Below, piece by piece: positions 1 to 11,740 of a stretch of 64,000 nt of DNA. The stretch lies in NCBI GenBank assembly GCA_964106645.2, contig OZ067039.1. One strand, 5' to 3'. Under the pieces are notes generated by a model that searched no databases, was not told the DNA's origin, and saw only the letters and a list, made by a program, of their open reading frames with translations. Position 1 is the first letter of the stretch; every line of letters starts with the position of its first letter. The position numbers and the translations under genes were made by a program. Source of the DNA: Podarcis pityusensis (Eukaryota).

Positions 1-212
1 TCAAGTAGCTAAACTGAATGACTTCCTATCAGTTGAGACCAATATGGTGACCGCAACCCTCTTCTGGCCAGTTCTCCAAGCCCTGTTAAAGATTGCTACA
101 GTAATCCAACCTAGAAGTTGGGTAGGGGAGCTATAATTGAAAACAATTCAGCCTTATAGTTCTTTTCACCTCTACCCCTCTCTTCTTTGGGACTGTCTTC
201 AACAGTTAACAC

Positions 213-348
213 CAGGCTTCCTCAACCTCGGCCCTCCAGATGTTTTGAGACTACAATTCCAGTCATCCCTGACCACTGGTCCTGCTAGCTAGGGATCATG
301 GGAGTTGTAGGCCAAAAACATCTGGAGGGCTGAGGTTGAGGAAGCCTG
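213..348. mobile_element. hAT-superfamily MITE (136 bp)
   Basis: Long TIRs CAGGCTTCCTCAACCTC.../...GAGGTTGAGGAAGCCTG; perfect 8-bp TSD GTTAACAC. Confidence 0.9.
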
Positions 349-562
349 GTTAACACACAACTGCCTTTTGTTTTGCTTTCTCAATAAAAACTCATTTTCT
401 GGGAAAACTCAGGTTCCATCTCTGTTGCACCCACCCTGCAAGTACCTTAGAAGGGTGATCTGCTACCTATGCAGTATTGCTGTATGTTTTGGTTCTGTGC
501 TAGTATTGAGGCCTCTCCACTATACTAACAGGATTTCTCGCCTCTAGCAGAATAAAGTGCAA

Positions 563-621
563 AGAGTTGAACTAGATGACCAACAGGACCCCTTCCAACT
601 TTACAATTCTATGATTCCATG
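563..621 (+). mobile_element. CR1 LINE 3' end fragment
   Basis: gttgaactagatgacc...cccttccaact...attctatgatt CR1 tail; other tails at ~9725-9782 and 54425-54520. Confidence 0.75.
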
Positions 622-1144
622 AAGACACAACCACTGAGGGAATAGGTTCCCCTAGCGCTAGAAGGCAATGTCTTTCTCTCCATTGTCGTTCATGTTCAGG
701 GAGGGCTTATTTCCTCAGCATAGAAAAGTAGGTTTCAGATGAGTGGGTGGCAAAATTTTCAGAAGCACAAGAAATAATAGAGAAATCTGCTTCTGGTATT
801 CAAAGTTGCCTACTGTAAATGACACAACCCGGGTTATAATTATATTTAATTAAAATATTTAAAATAAACTTTGTTTAAAATTGGAACCCTTCAGTTTATT
901 GCTAGAGGCATTAGCAAGAACATTTCACAAGGCAACAATTCAGATTTCCATTAGACAATTAGCTCTAAAAATTCTGTATTATATTAAAAGTACAGTTTAA
1001 CAAAGCCAGCTTGGCTTTATGGTGAACAAGTAATCTGTAAAGGCTTACTTGTTAGTGGCTTATTTTAAAAAGGAATCTATGAAGTCCTGTAAGCATCCTT
1101 TTAAAAATGCATCTTGAGAACAATATGGAACCGACAAAGAATTA

Positions 1145-1305
1145 CCATACTTTTCCATGTATAAGACTAGGTTTTTCCCCTAAAAATAATGTCAAAAATT
1201 AGGGGGTGTCATACTCTGGGCCATCTCCCCCCATTTTCTTAAATCTGAGTCCCCCCAAATAGGGGGCGTCTTATACATGGGGGCATCTTAGACGGAAAAA
1301 TACGG
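1145..1305. mobile_element. Tc1/mariner (Tc2-like) non-autonomous element
   Basis: TA|CCATACTTTTCC ... GGAAAAATACGG|TA termini. Confidence 0.7.
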
Positions 1306-1412
1306 TATATGCAAGCTTTCAGTAAAGCAGACCACAGAAACACTGGGGGGAGAAAATGATAGGCACATTGAAATTACGTATTTTGAAGCAATGGGAACAG
1401 GACAATTAATAC

Positions 1413-1544
1413 CTTTCCTGTTGTCTGGCCATACAAACCGAACATCTCTCGTAGCCCTTCTTCGCTGATGGCTTCTGGTCTGTCAATCTTGTTACCAAGA
1501 ATTAGGATAGGCACGTTAGCAATAGTTTCATCTGTCATAAGTGC
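1413..1544 (-). CDS. SAR1B: SAR1B exon 6 ([24 protein letters not shown]...GQTTGK)
   Basis: 132 nt, tag acceptor and gt donor, G4 NKID motif. Confidence 0.96.
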
Positions 1545-4500
1545 CTATGTATAGAGGAAAGACACATGTGTTAGGTTTTATACATTCACAGACAACATAC
1601 ATGAAGTGAAGCTTCAGAGACTCAATGGAGAAAAGACGGAGAAAATTTTGACACCTTTAAAAATATTCCATTGAAGGATCTCTCTCACTCTTACATCAAG
1701 GCCAAAATATATTCAAAAATAGAGAGAATGGTCACATATTAATCAACCATAACATGGCTTCCCTTCATTAAACTAAACAAAGATTCATTAATTAACCAGG
1801 GAAGGAAAATAAAGCTTTACAGAACTGCATATTTAACAAATGTATAAAACCTGTAGAAAGATTCCACTGAGCACATGGATTGATAATATGGACAGACTAG
1901 CTACATACAAACGAATTGCATGTCGATGTAAATTAAGAATGGATAAATATGAAGAAATCTGGAAGGAATATTTAAGCGATAAGGTGGACAGTGGTGGGAA
2001 GTAGGGGGAGGAAAGGTGGGGAAATATTGTTAAAAAGGTGTAGTCATAGGTATATCAGTATTCAAATCTGAATTGTCAAATTGTGTTATTAGTGTTATTA
2101 TGGTTTTTGTTGTATGTGTCTTTTGCGGTTGTTGTTTGTATTGAAAAAGCAATTAAATAAATTTTTAAAAACACACAAAAAAAACCAGTAGAAATACCAA
2201 ATATGATAGAAAGCTGTGAAAATCAAATGCAATCTGATAATCCAGTGATGGCTTATGCCTAATGAGACTGGTGGGGCAGAAGGCAGGGAGACTAACAGTA
2301 GGTGGAGCCAGAGCCAACTAATTCTAGTTTTGTTCCCTTCATCCTGTTTTCAGAGTTCTACAAGGACAACCTATAGACCAGGGGTCAGCAACCTTTTTCA
2401 GCCGGGGGCCGGTCCACCGTCCCTCAGACCATCTTGTGGGCTGGACTATATTTTGAAGGGGGAAAAAATGAACGAATTCCTATGCCCCACAAATAACCCA
2501 GAGATGCATTTTAAATAAAAGGACATATTCTACTCATGTAAAAACCACGCTGATTCCTGGACCATCCACAGGCCGGATTGAGAAGGCGATTGGGCTGCAT
2601 CTGGCCCCTGGGCCTTAGGTTGCCTACCCCTGCTATGGACTACGGAGAATGAAGCTGACAGGTAGTACCACCCCTGGGGTGGTTTTAAATAGGAAGACCA
2701 ACACTGGTGGGGCAATGTCCCATTTGCTCTTATGCACCAGTCTCCAGCAAGATAACCTTTCCCCAAAAAGTTCTCTTTTTTATCTTTATTTTATTGAGTT
2801 GTAGAGTCATATATGATGCTGTAGCCATACAGATGCAATGCCCACCCTCGTCCCTGCGAAACACAGACTCTCCCTCTTTTCCCCATCCATCAAAATGTCA
2901 CACACTTCACTAGTATTTTACAAATACCAAGTACATTACTAACTCACATCAATTTCTTGCTTTGATTCAGCCAGTCTGTCACGATCTGCACAATCCACCA
3001 GAAAGACAATCCCATTGATGGCAGGCAGATAGTTTTTCCACACTCTGCGAGCTAACAAAAGAGAGTTATAAAGGAGCTGCAAGAGGAAATTATCTGTTAT
3101 TCTTCTAACTCTATTCATAGTAACACCTCATTAAGGAGCAGAAACTTTAAAAAGGGCATTATGAGATATATTTAAAAGCTTTTTTAAAGCCCACTCTCTT
3201 TTGTTCTACAGTGTGAAGTACTGGGTTTAAAACTGAAAAACCATATTAATTTTACTGCAAGAAACAGCCTTAATAGCCATAAATCCACTTCTAAACATGT
3301 GCTACAGTACATGGCTTGCAGGTTTTAAAAAAGAATGCTAAACTTCGTGGTAGAACTTAAAAAACACAACAAAATGGCCGTATCACCATTAGAAATATTT
3401 ATCTCCTAAACACGTGTTTATGGAAGACAATCTTACTTGGCTATGAGTGATCGCCAAAGAAGAAGATTTATCTCCTAAAAAAATTAAACTACCCCCAAGA
3501 CAATAACATATTTTCTGTTTCAGCCTCTAATAAATTCTAGAAAATGCCCTCTTTGATCCACCGGATACCCAGTATCCACACTGAAGTATTTAAACACAAA
3601 ACCAAGTAATATTTGAGGATCAGTTCACTGTAAGGGTGGGGGGGTTGTATCCAATGTAGTCATTGCTATTGTGGAACTTCCTCTTTCTCTCCTTTCTTCC
3701 AAATCTTAAGAGCCTACCAAATCTGCTCTGGGGGTTCCCCAATCCCATTGGAACAGATTTTGGGGTCACAGGGGTAGGAGAGGAAGGGGGAATTCCATTG
3801 CATGAGTCGAAGTTGTTCCAGGAACACAATGAGTTGCATTGGATACAACTATTAACTTAAATCAACTTGATCAAATTACTGCCTTAACCTATTTTTATTG
3901 TGTATAATGAAAACAGAGGTGTTTCATAACTTTAAGCTCTCCAAAGAATCAGAGACTAATTAAAGGCACACATTGACTTTTATTTTAGCATTGCATTGAA
4001 AATTAAATGCTGCAATAATCCTGGACCTGTTAGAAAATTCTATCACCATAAGTGTAATGCATTGCTTCCATTCTATTAAGTACAAATATTGCAGTTGAAG
4101 CATCCTGTAGCTCACACTCAAGTCAGTGTGTTGGTTTTTCTTTATCTTAAAGTGGTCAGTGAATGGGGTTGGTTAATTGAAGCTCACAGGTGTATGTTTG
4201 CAGTTTGACCTACTTAGCTGCACACCTGTGATCGCTCGACTTTTTGCCTAATTAGAAGGGGAGTTACTTTCTGCACCAAATGCAGGAAGGGATGTGACAG
4301 GATACCGTAACTGATTATTTGAAAACTGTATTTAAGTTGATCATATGTTTTGTATGCTGCTGGTGAGGAGTGGTAATGGCTTGCAGCCTTTGGCTGTTAC
4401 ATTTTCAAAATTAAAACTAAGCAAAGATATTGCGGACAGCCTTTTATTTCTATGCTTCAGTAGCTGTGCACACTCTGTGTTGATGAAAAAGTCCAACATC

Positions 4501-7500
4501 CCACACACCTTGCATGTGTATATAACAGAACAAGTAGACTACAGTAAAAATTTAATAAAATCAGGAATGTTTTCAGAATTGAAAATACACAGCCCTCTTG
4601 CAATGCAGTAACTTTTGATGTGCAACCAAGGAAGCTTAACATGTTAAAAGAAGCCTTCTGCATGTTAGCATCACTTACCTTGGGTATGTCCGCCTAGATC
4701 AAAAGTAGTGAAAGTCATACCAGCAATTGTCAGCTCTTCTGCAGCTGCAGAAACAGAAAATACTATTTTTCAAAACCCTATCTTACAGCAAACTATTCTC
4801 TAGTAAAGGTAATAATCATACTGATAAACCATATTGCATTACAGTGGTACCTCGAGTTACAAACGCTTCAGGTTACAAACTCTGCTAACCTGGAAGAGTT
4901 ACCTCCAGTTGAGAACTTTCCCCCAGGATGAGAACGGAAATTGTGTGCCGACGGACCTTCGGAACAAATTAAGTTCGTTACTAGCGGTACCACTGTCTAG
5001 AACAAGGTGATGAAACTGACCCTATACATGCTTCCTCGGAAGTAAATGCTACTAATCACCTGCAAGCATGCATAAGGTTGCAGTCTAACTCACACTGAAC
5101 TGAAGAGTTTATTCTGGTTCCCCATTCCTGATCTAGTTCAATAGTCTACTAAAGTCCTGAGATTTGAAGCAGCACTGGGCATATTACAGTGGTACCTCGG
5201 GTTACAAACACCTTGGGTTACAAACATTCCGAGTTACAGACTCCGCTAACCCGGAAGTAGTACCTCGGGTTAAGAACTTTACCTCAAGATGAGAACAGAA
5301 ATTGCGAGGCAGTGGCACAGCGGCAGTGGGAGGCCCCATTAGCTAAAGTGTTACCTCAGGTTAAGAACAGTTTCAGGTTAAGAACGGACCTCCGGAACGA
5401 ATTAAGTTCGTAACCAGAGGTACCACTGTATGAGAGAAAGGATATCTTGACTTACTTGCATGTAGTGTGGGGACATGTTGACCCAGTCTGCCATCTTTAA
5501 GCATATGTAGGAGAGTCGTTTTCCCAGCATTATCCAAACCAAGGAATACTAGTTTACCAGTTTTTTTGTACAGTCCTGGAAAAGATAAAAGTATTTGATG
5601 AGTAAGTACTAATTTCCACAAGTGTCTCATCATAATAGAATGTCTGATGATTAAGTTTTGCTAAATGCTTATTTAGGATGGAACACAACAATTTCCCTAT
5701 CATTACATAGTCTCAAAACATTCTACATATGTAAATACAGCCATGCAAGTATTCAGGATCAGGTTACTCTAGAAAAGATGGAAAGAGGATGACACCTTTA
5801 AGACAGGGTATCATTCTAGCTCAAGTTTATCTGCTAAATCTAAGAGAAGAATGCAGTACAACAAGCCTAGGAGGCTCCATCTAAGATCTCCACAACATTT
5901 GGGAAGGGATCATAGGTCAGTGACAGAGCACATGCTTGGCATGCTAAGCTTCTAGGATTATTCCCTGACAATTCCAGATAAAAGCATCCAATAGCAAGAG
6001 ATGTGGAAAACCTCTGTTTGATAGCTTGGGGAGCCACTGCCAGAGTAGACTATTGAACTAGATCAGGAATAGCGAACCTGCAGCTTTCTGGATGCTGCTT
6101 GGCTTCAGTTCCCATCAATTCCAATTCAGCGTGGCCAATGGTCAGGAATAATGGGAGTCAAAGTCACTTGGGTATGTATATCTACATTATGAATGTTTGT
6201 GTTTTGATCCAGGCAGACATTCTCCTTAGCTGAACAACAAGTCAGCCCTCAGATGTTTCCTAACACATTACTATGATTATAATGCAATTATAGTTATGTT
6301 TCTAAAATGCCATTTTTAATTTAAGCCCGTTTGAATAATGAATAGAGAACAGGAGTCAACTGAACTGAGTTTTACTGAGCCAACTAGGCTGACCGCGAAA
6401 AAAGAAATGAGAAAGGGAAAGCTTCAGAGCTGAACACAAATCTTCAAGCAGAAATTGCAAAGATGAAAAGTGATAAAACATCTGTTGAGTTCTAAAAGTT
6501 ATTCCTTTCTCAATGAGTCAATTACCCCCTCCTCCACAGTGCCTATCTCCTTTTCAGAAACATTTAAAATTACTAATCATGTATTGCTCTGAAGGCCTGC
6601 AGAACAAAGTCAGTTTTGAGTGTGCTTTTCCCTCAATCATAAGAAAATGTAGCCTGAAAGGCTAAAAAACAACCTTCCATTAGCGGCATCATCACAAAAT
6701 GAATGGAAAATGAATGCGTTTCAGAGCCTAAAATAAAACATCCTAGCTTAAAATTCATGCTTTATCCATGTATTGATTTTTTTAAGGTGAATCATGGAAT
6801 TATAGAGTTGGAAGGGACCATGAAAGTCATCTAGTCCAACCCCCTGCAATGCAGGAATCTTTTGCCCAATGTGGGGCTCAGGTCCACAACCCCGAGATTA
6901 GGAGTCTCATGCTCTACCGACTGAGCTAACAAGGGTTATTCACTTTTAACAACTTACCCATAAATGGTGAATTTTGACACTTGACTGGGAAGGGCCATAA
7001 ATCCCAGGTGTCTCCACCTAGGGTTGGGAGAGACCAGTACCTGAAACCTTTGAGGGCCACTGCCAATCAGCATAGAAAATCCTGGACTAGATGAATGGTA
7101 TAAGGCAGCTTCCTATGTTCTCTCTGAGCAGCTGCAGGGGATTTCAGAGAGCTCTGCTTACCTGGCAAAATTTCTGAACATCCAGTCTAGGAATAAAAGA
7201 CGCTACCTTATACTGTATCAGACCATTGGTCAATCTATAGCCAGTGCTGTCTACACTAACTGGCAGCAGGATTGCTTTTTGAACTTTTGCATGCAAAATA
7301 TGTGCTCGAACCAATGAGACACAGCCCTTCTCGTGGTTACTGCTGCCCCTAAGGAGGAGGAGGAGGGTTCCCACCAGAGGGACCCAATCCTCAGAAGCAT
7401 GTAAAAGGCAGCAGGTGATGACAGCCACTAATGCTCCTCCTGAGCACCAGGGGGGCAGTGGTGAGAGTTCCCAGGGTGCTGGGGCCTCAGCTCTGAAAGT

Positions 7501-10500
7501 CTAGCTAACTTCACAAATGATGCTTCTCATACATAGACTATCTCTGTGTAAGAATTATGAACACAATACTATTTTAGACACATTCAGGATGTGATGAAAA
7601 GCACCAGCAGACCTTTAGATGAACTCCTGTGTGTCATAAAGATAATGATGTGACACATTTGCTTCAAAATTGCAGAGAAGCTCTTCACACTGCTGGTCCT
7701 AAATGGTTTATACAATCTATATTTTGAGCTTTTGCTGCCCTGCTCTTCAGTTCAACAGCTTCTCAAATCGGCTTATGATTAAATTTAAAATCCACAATGA
7801 AAATCAGGAAAAAAACACCACTTCTTTTAAAAGACAGCAACCACCAAAAGCAGAACTTTTAAAAAGACCTAATAGCTTTAAAAAGCGGGGGGGGGGGGGG
7901 GGAGAATAAAAATCTTTTTCATCTCTCCTTTCCTCCCCAGACTTGCAACCAGGGAAATAATTTAAAAGTGAGGAAGCTACCTCAGAAAAGACCTATCCAG
8001 GGCCTGCACCAGATTTGAGAAGGTCCCTAGCATAGTGCCCTCCAGCTTGCATACAAACACCACCATTTCTGTTTCCCAATGAAAGCTGCCATTGTAGTTT
8101 CCCACAATTCCTTGGACCACCACCAGCGGCATAGCGTGGGTTGTCAGGACCCGGGGCAAGGCAAGTAATTTGCGCCCCCTAACCCGGGGCAAGGCAAGTA
8201 ATTTGCGCCCCCTAACCCCTAACCTGCCGCCGCTGCCAGCTTCTTCTTGCTGCTGCCTGGGCTGGGCTGGTGTGGTTCTCTCCCGCGCTCAGCGCTGCGC
8301 TGGGCGGCCGCTGCACTGTCCCTCCCCCAGATAGTCCCTCGCTCTCTCTCCGCACCGCACGCCTGGCACCCACCCCCTCCACTGTGGGCGACGACCCAGC
8401 GGCTCGGATCAGATTCGCACAGCCAGCACTGCAGTGAGAGAGAGTGAGTGAGCCAGGTAGGGGCAGAGAGCTGCGAGTGCGAGCGCCCCCCCCAGATGTT
8501 GCGCCCGGTGCGGCCGGCCCCCCCTGCACCCCCCACGCTACGCCACTGACCACCACTAAGTCAGGGGTGCTCTGGGGTCATGCTAGTCGAGACTGTTGGG
8601 GATTTGGGGGGTGTAAAACCAACTGGAAGGTAACAGGTTCTCTACCCCTCCCTTAAACTGTATTTGAAAATATATTGGGATTTTTTTTTTTTTAAGAACT
8701 GGATTATAATTCATTCTGTTCCAGGCAGTAATGTAACTACTCTATTTTGAACCAGCTGTTGTTTCTAAACAGTCTTCAAAACAACCCCAAGTACAATGCA
8801 CTACAGTAATGCAAACAGTGGGGTTGTGCTGTGTTTGCAGATAGTTTTTGAAATATATGTAAGTATGTATGTATGTAAAGTTAAAGTGATTTATTCTTTT
8901 CAATAAGATGTATTTTCCTCCTTTAGGAGTTTACAAATGCACCATCTTAAACCATTTCAATGTCCAGAGCTGCAATCCCATGCATCTTTATTTCTGAGCA
9001 AGGCAAGCCCCATTACGTAGTTTAAATTTACTTCTGAGTAAACATGTGTAATCTGCAGTTCAGTGCTGGTTTGTACAATTTATTATGTTTGTCATGCTAG
9101 TGAGTAACCTAGATAGCTTTAAGAGGCAGTCTTAAAGAGTTCATCTGTTACAAAAGATCTGCCCCTAGCAAAACTGCAGCTCATAATGATTTGAAGGACA
9201 AAGTTCGCTGCTGCTAAGCGTACTATGATACAAAGGTGCCTTTATTGCTGCCAAACTGGACAAAGTCAGAAGGCCTATCGGGGGTGCAGGCAATTCAGCA
9301 TGGATAAGAGCATTTTACAATAACCAGTGGCAGTTTCAATCAATTAGAAAAGGTGTGTTCTCTCTTCAGGAAGACTTGTGAACAAGTACATTGTTAAGGC
9401 TTCGACAGGCCGCTTTAACATTTTATAGACCAAATTGAAAATGCTACTACATTTTAGTTTTTAATTGAGGCTTTATTACTATCCCCAATTCAAGGTATAT
9501 ATTTGCGGTACAGAAGCTAATTTATAGAGGCAGTGGCCAGTCTGTAATGAGAAGATCATAGTGATGATTAACTAGGGCAGGCTTCCTCAACCTCGGCCCT
9601 CCAGATGTTTTGAGACTACAATTCCCATCATCCCTGACCACTGGTCCTGCTAGCTAGGAATCATGGGAGTTGTAGGCCAAAAACATCGGGAGGGCCGAGG
9701 TTGAGGAAGCCTGAACTAGCGCATTGTAGAGGATTGGACAAGATGACCGTTGGGGTCCCTTCCAACTCTACAATTCTATGATAGTACTTAGTCACTTGAT
9801 TGTACTGCATGGACCAATGGTCCGACTCTGTATAAAGCAGGTTCCTATGTTTTTATTAACAGCACAACACGTTTTACAGTTGGCATCTTTCAGAAAAGAA
9901 AATCAGCTCTCAGAAGGATGCTGCCCAATTTGGCAGCTGTCAAGCAGCTTCTTTTCTCACATTACCGACTGAAAGTATTTTGCTTTCCACTCCAGCTTCC
10001 CATGTTTTGCAGAGCAAGGGAGAAGAACATGGCACATGGGGTTATAACAGTGCTGTGTGTTTCTGTGGCTCCCCTTCCACTGCAACTGCCAGGAGGTTTA
10101 TTTATTTGTTTAAAATGCAACAGGTAGAAACACAGGGAAAAGGAAGAGCATTAGTAAAAATAGGTTGCAAGGTTGCACGGTACAGCATAGGCTAAAGAAA
10201 AATTAAACCAGAAATGGAACATTAGTGAGGTGGACTGCCAGCAGATATGTATCATGACAGTTGATTGTATCCAAGGCCGTCCTTCCATCCACAGACAGCT
10301 CTCTGATCAGCAGGGGTTTCTTTGAAGGCAAGATGGAGGGAGGTATATTTTGCTGGTTTCCCTTCCCTCCATAGTTCTCTCTGCTCCCCAAACTGGAGGG
10401 TCCCACAAGTCTCTGAAACAGATGGGTAACTGAATAGAAAGGGAAAATTTATCCCCCCCCCCAAAAAAAAAATACCTCTCCTGCTTCCATTCATGAAAGC

Positions 10501-10658
10501 CTTTGCTGGATCAAAGAGCCATCCATGAATATATGGATATAATCAGTGTGATGGAAATGGAAGTAATCAGAAGTGTCCATTCCATATGTAGATGTCTTAC
10601 CTAAGAACTGTAGTACACTACTGAAACCACTGTAAATCCAGTCAAATATAAAGGACAT
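1413..10658 (-). CDS. SAR1B: GTP-binding protein SAR1b (COPII small GTPase), spliced CDS codons 1-160; final coding exon lies outside the window (left of position 1)
   Basis: Join 10658-10601, 5575-5456, 4744-4679, 3051-2948, 1544-1413 gives [161 protein letters not shown]-loop, DLGGH and NKID motifs are present; exon sizes 58/120/66/104/132 match vertebrate SAR1; adjacency to SEC24A favours the B paralog. Confidence 0.96.
1860..2180 (+). mobile_element. 5'-truncated L1-clade LINE (ORF2 C-terminus + 3' UTR + A tail)
   Basis: [38 protein letters not shown]; A-rich tail; 14-bp TSD AAAACC(T/A)GTAGAAA at 1846-1859 and 2181-2194. Confidence 0.75.
2379..2632. mobile_element. hAT/Charlie-type non-autonomous DNA transposon
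   Basis: TIRs CAGGGGTCAGCAACCT/AGGTTGCCTACCCCTG; 8-bp TSD CTATAGAC/CTATGGAC. Confidence 0.88.
2948..3051 (-). CDS. SAR1B: SAR1B exon 5 ([23 protein letters not shown]...EID)
   Basis: 104 nt, ttttgttag acceptor, gtgagt donor. Confidence 0.96.
4679..4744 (-). CDS. SAR1B: SAR1B exon 4 ([22 protein letters not shown])
   Basis: 66 nt, ctgcag acceptor, gtaagt donor, G3 DLGGH. Confidence 0.96.
4842..4995. mobile_element. Tigger/pogo-like MITE, internally deleted copy
   Basis: TA|CAGTGGTACCTC...GGTACCACTG; homologous to 5187-5428. Confidence 0.82.
5187..5428. mobile_element. Tigger/pogo-like MITE
   Basis: TIR CAGTGGTACCTCGGGTTA / TAACCAGAGGTACCACTG, TA TSD. Confidence 0.88.
5456..5575 (-). CDS. 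SAR1B: SAR1B exon 3 ([21 protein letters not shown]...PTLHA)
   Basis: 120 nt, P-loop GLDNAGKT, tttccag acceptor, gtaagt donor. Confidence 0.97.
5901..6063 (+). mobile_element. Squam3-like tRNA-derived SINE (degenerate)
   Basis: ggaagggatcataggtcagtgacagagca...gagccactgccagagtagac...ctagat. Confidence 0.65.
6789..6928 (-). mobile_element. tRNA-Lys(CTT)-derived SINE with CR1-type 3' tail
   Basis: Minus strand TAGCTCAGTCGGTAGAGCATGAGACTCCTAATCTCGGGGTTGTGGACCTGAGCCCCACATTGGGC followed directly by the CR1 tail; 5' acceptor stem missing and B box damaged. Confidence 0.8.
6987..7120 (+). mobile_element. Squam3-like SINE (internally deleted)
   Basis: ggaagggccata...cctgaaacc...gccactgccaatcag...tataaggcagcttcctatgttc. 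Confidence 0.7.
7190..7332 (-). mobile_element. Squam3-like SINE, inverted relative to 6987-7120
   Basis: ccttatactgtatcagaccattggtc...gtctacactaactggcagc...gcatgcaaa...cagcccttc. Confidence 0.7.
8124..8548. mobile_element. GC/CpG-rich hAT non-autonomous element
   Basis: TIRs CAGCGGCATAGCGTGGG / CCCACGCTACGCCACTG; perfect 8-bp TSD ACCACCAC; internal ~34-bp tandem duplication at ~8147-8215. Confidence 0.88.
9578..9713. mobile_element. hAT MITE, same family as 213-348
   Basis: Near-identical sequence; TSD AACTAGGG/AACTAGCG. Confidence 0.9.
10601..10658 (-). CDS. SAR1B: SAR1B exon 2 coding part (amphipathic N-terminal helix); exon extends to 10676 with 18 nt of 5' UTR
   Basis: ATG at 10658-10656, [20 protein letters not shown], gtaaga donor, ctttcag acceptor at 10677. 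Confidence 0.96.
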
Positions 10659-11740
10659 GTCCAAATCTTGCAGGTTCTGAAAGAAATCAAAAGAGAAGCC
10701 CCATACATCAAATGGCATTAACACTCTACTGAAATAACGTTGAAAATGAATAGAGAACTGTGGAGTACTTGACAGAAATAACATATCCAGAGATAAATCA
10801 CTTTTATTATTCAGTTGTGAAACCACCAATACTGATGGATTGGAATCTTAAAAACTATTCTGGAGAGGCAAACTTTCTGTTTTGATGCTTTAAAAAAAAG
10901 GGAAAAAAGAAAGATTAAGGCCACATTCCACTGAAATGCACAACTAGTTCTTCATGTCCAGCAGGATTTGAAGTGTCATTTTTCAGGTCCTCCATCCCTT
11001 GCACTTGGAGTAGGTGTGCGCATGCATGAATGTGAGACCCATACAATCTGCTCACCTACAGCCTTTCTCTGCAAGAACAGCACAATGTAGAAAGAAAAGC
11101 TACAGTCTTCTGTGACTTTCTGTGACTAATGCAACTTGGAGTGCTTGTGGGAACAGTTCTTCTAGCATAAATCTGTTCATCAGAAGATATCTCCAAAAGG
11201 CATTTTGAAGTAAGTTTTGCGGTATGCCAAGCATCTGTGCTACACAAAGGACTCAATGGGTATGTGGAAACCCCTTGACTTCATCTGAAATAACTTGGAT
11301 CCAGGTCTACAACAGCTATTGCAATATAATGGGATCATGTAAAAATAAAGGTGAAGTAACTGTGTGGCTACAGTCCAGAGACACACATATTTAGTGGGGT
11401 TTCCAATGTCTGCTAATATGGAAGTGCTCCATGAATGCACAAAAGTCACTTTCCCCCTTGTATTATTAACAATGGAGAGAGAACAGGATTGGATTCAGAA
11501 ATCACAGAATCCAGAAGGCACAAACAGGGAATTGAGTAGAACCCAAAGCCCAGAAATGCCAGTTTCATCTTTTTCCAAATAAAAGCATGTATCTTCTTAT
11601 ACAATTGGTAACATTGCTTAAAATGTACACAACCAATTATACTTTTTAATATCACTCTAAGACTAGCATTGGTTCCACATCCCAAACTGTTATTGTGGCA
11701 CAGCATAAATCTAGCTTGGTTCCAGACTTCAATGAATGGT

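Noticed and set aside
6864-6928. Functional tRNA-Lys gene
   Set aside because: 5' acceptor stem missing, anticodon and T-loop mutated, fused to a CR1 tail: it is a SINE head
8175-8224. Telomeric repeat remnant (CCCTAA)
   Set aside because: Only 2-3 scattered units, generated by the internal duplication in the hAT element
8212-8656. Overlapping GC-rich ORFs as a gene or promoter
   Set aside because: They lie largely within a TSD-bounded hAT element; stop-poor because of GC content
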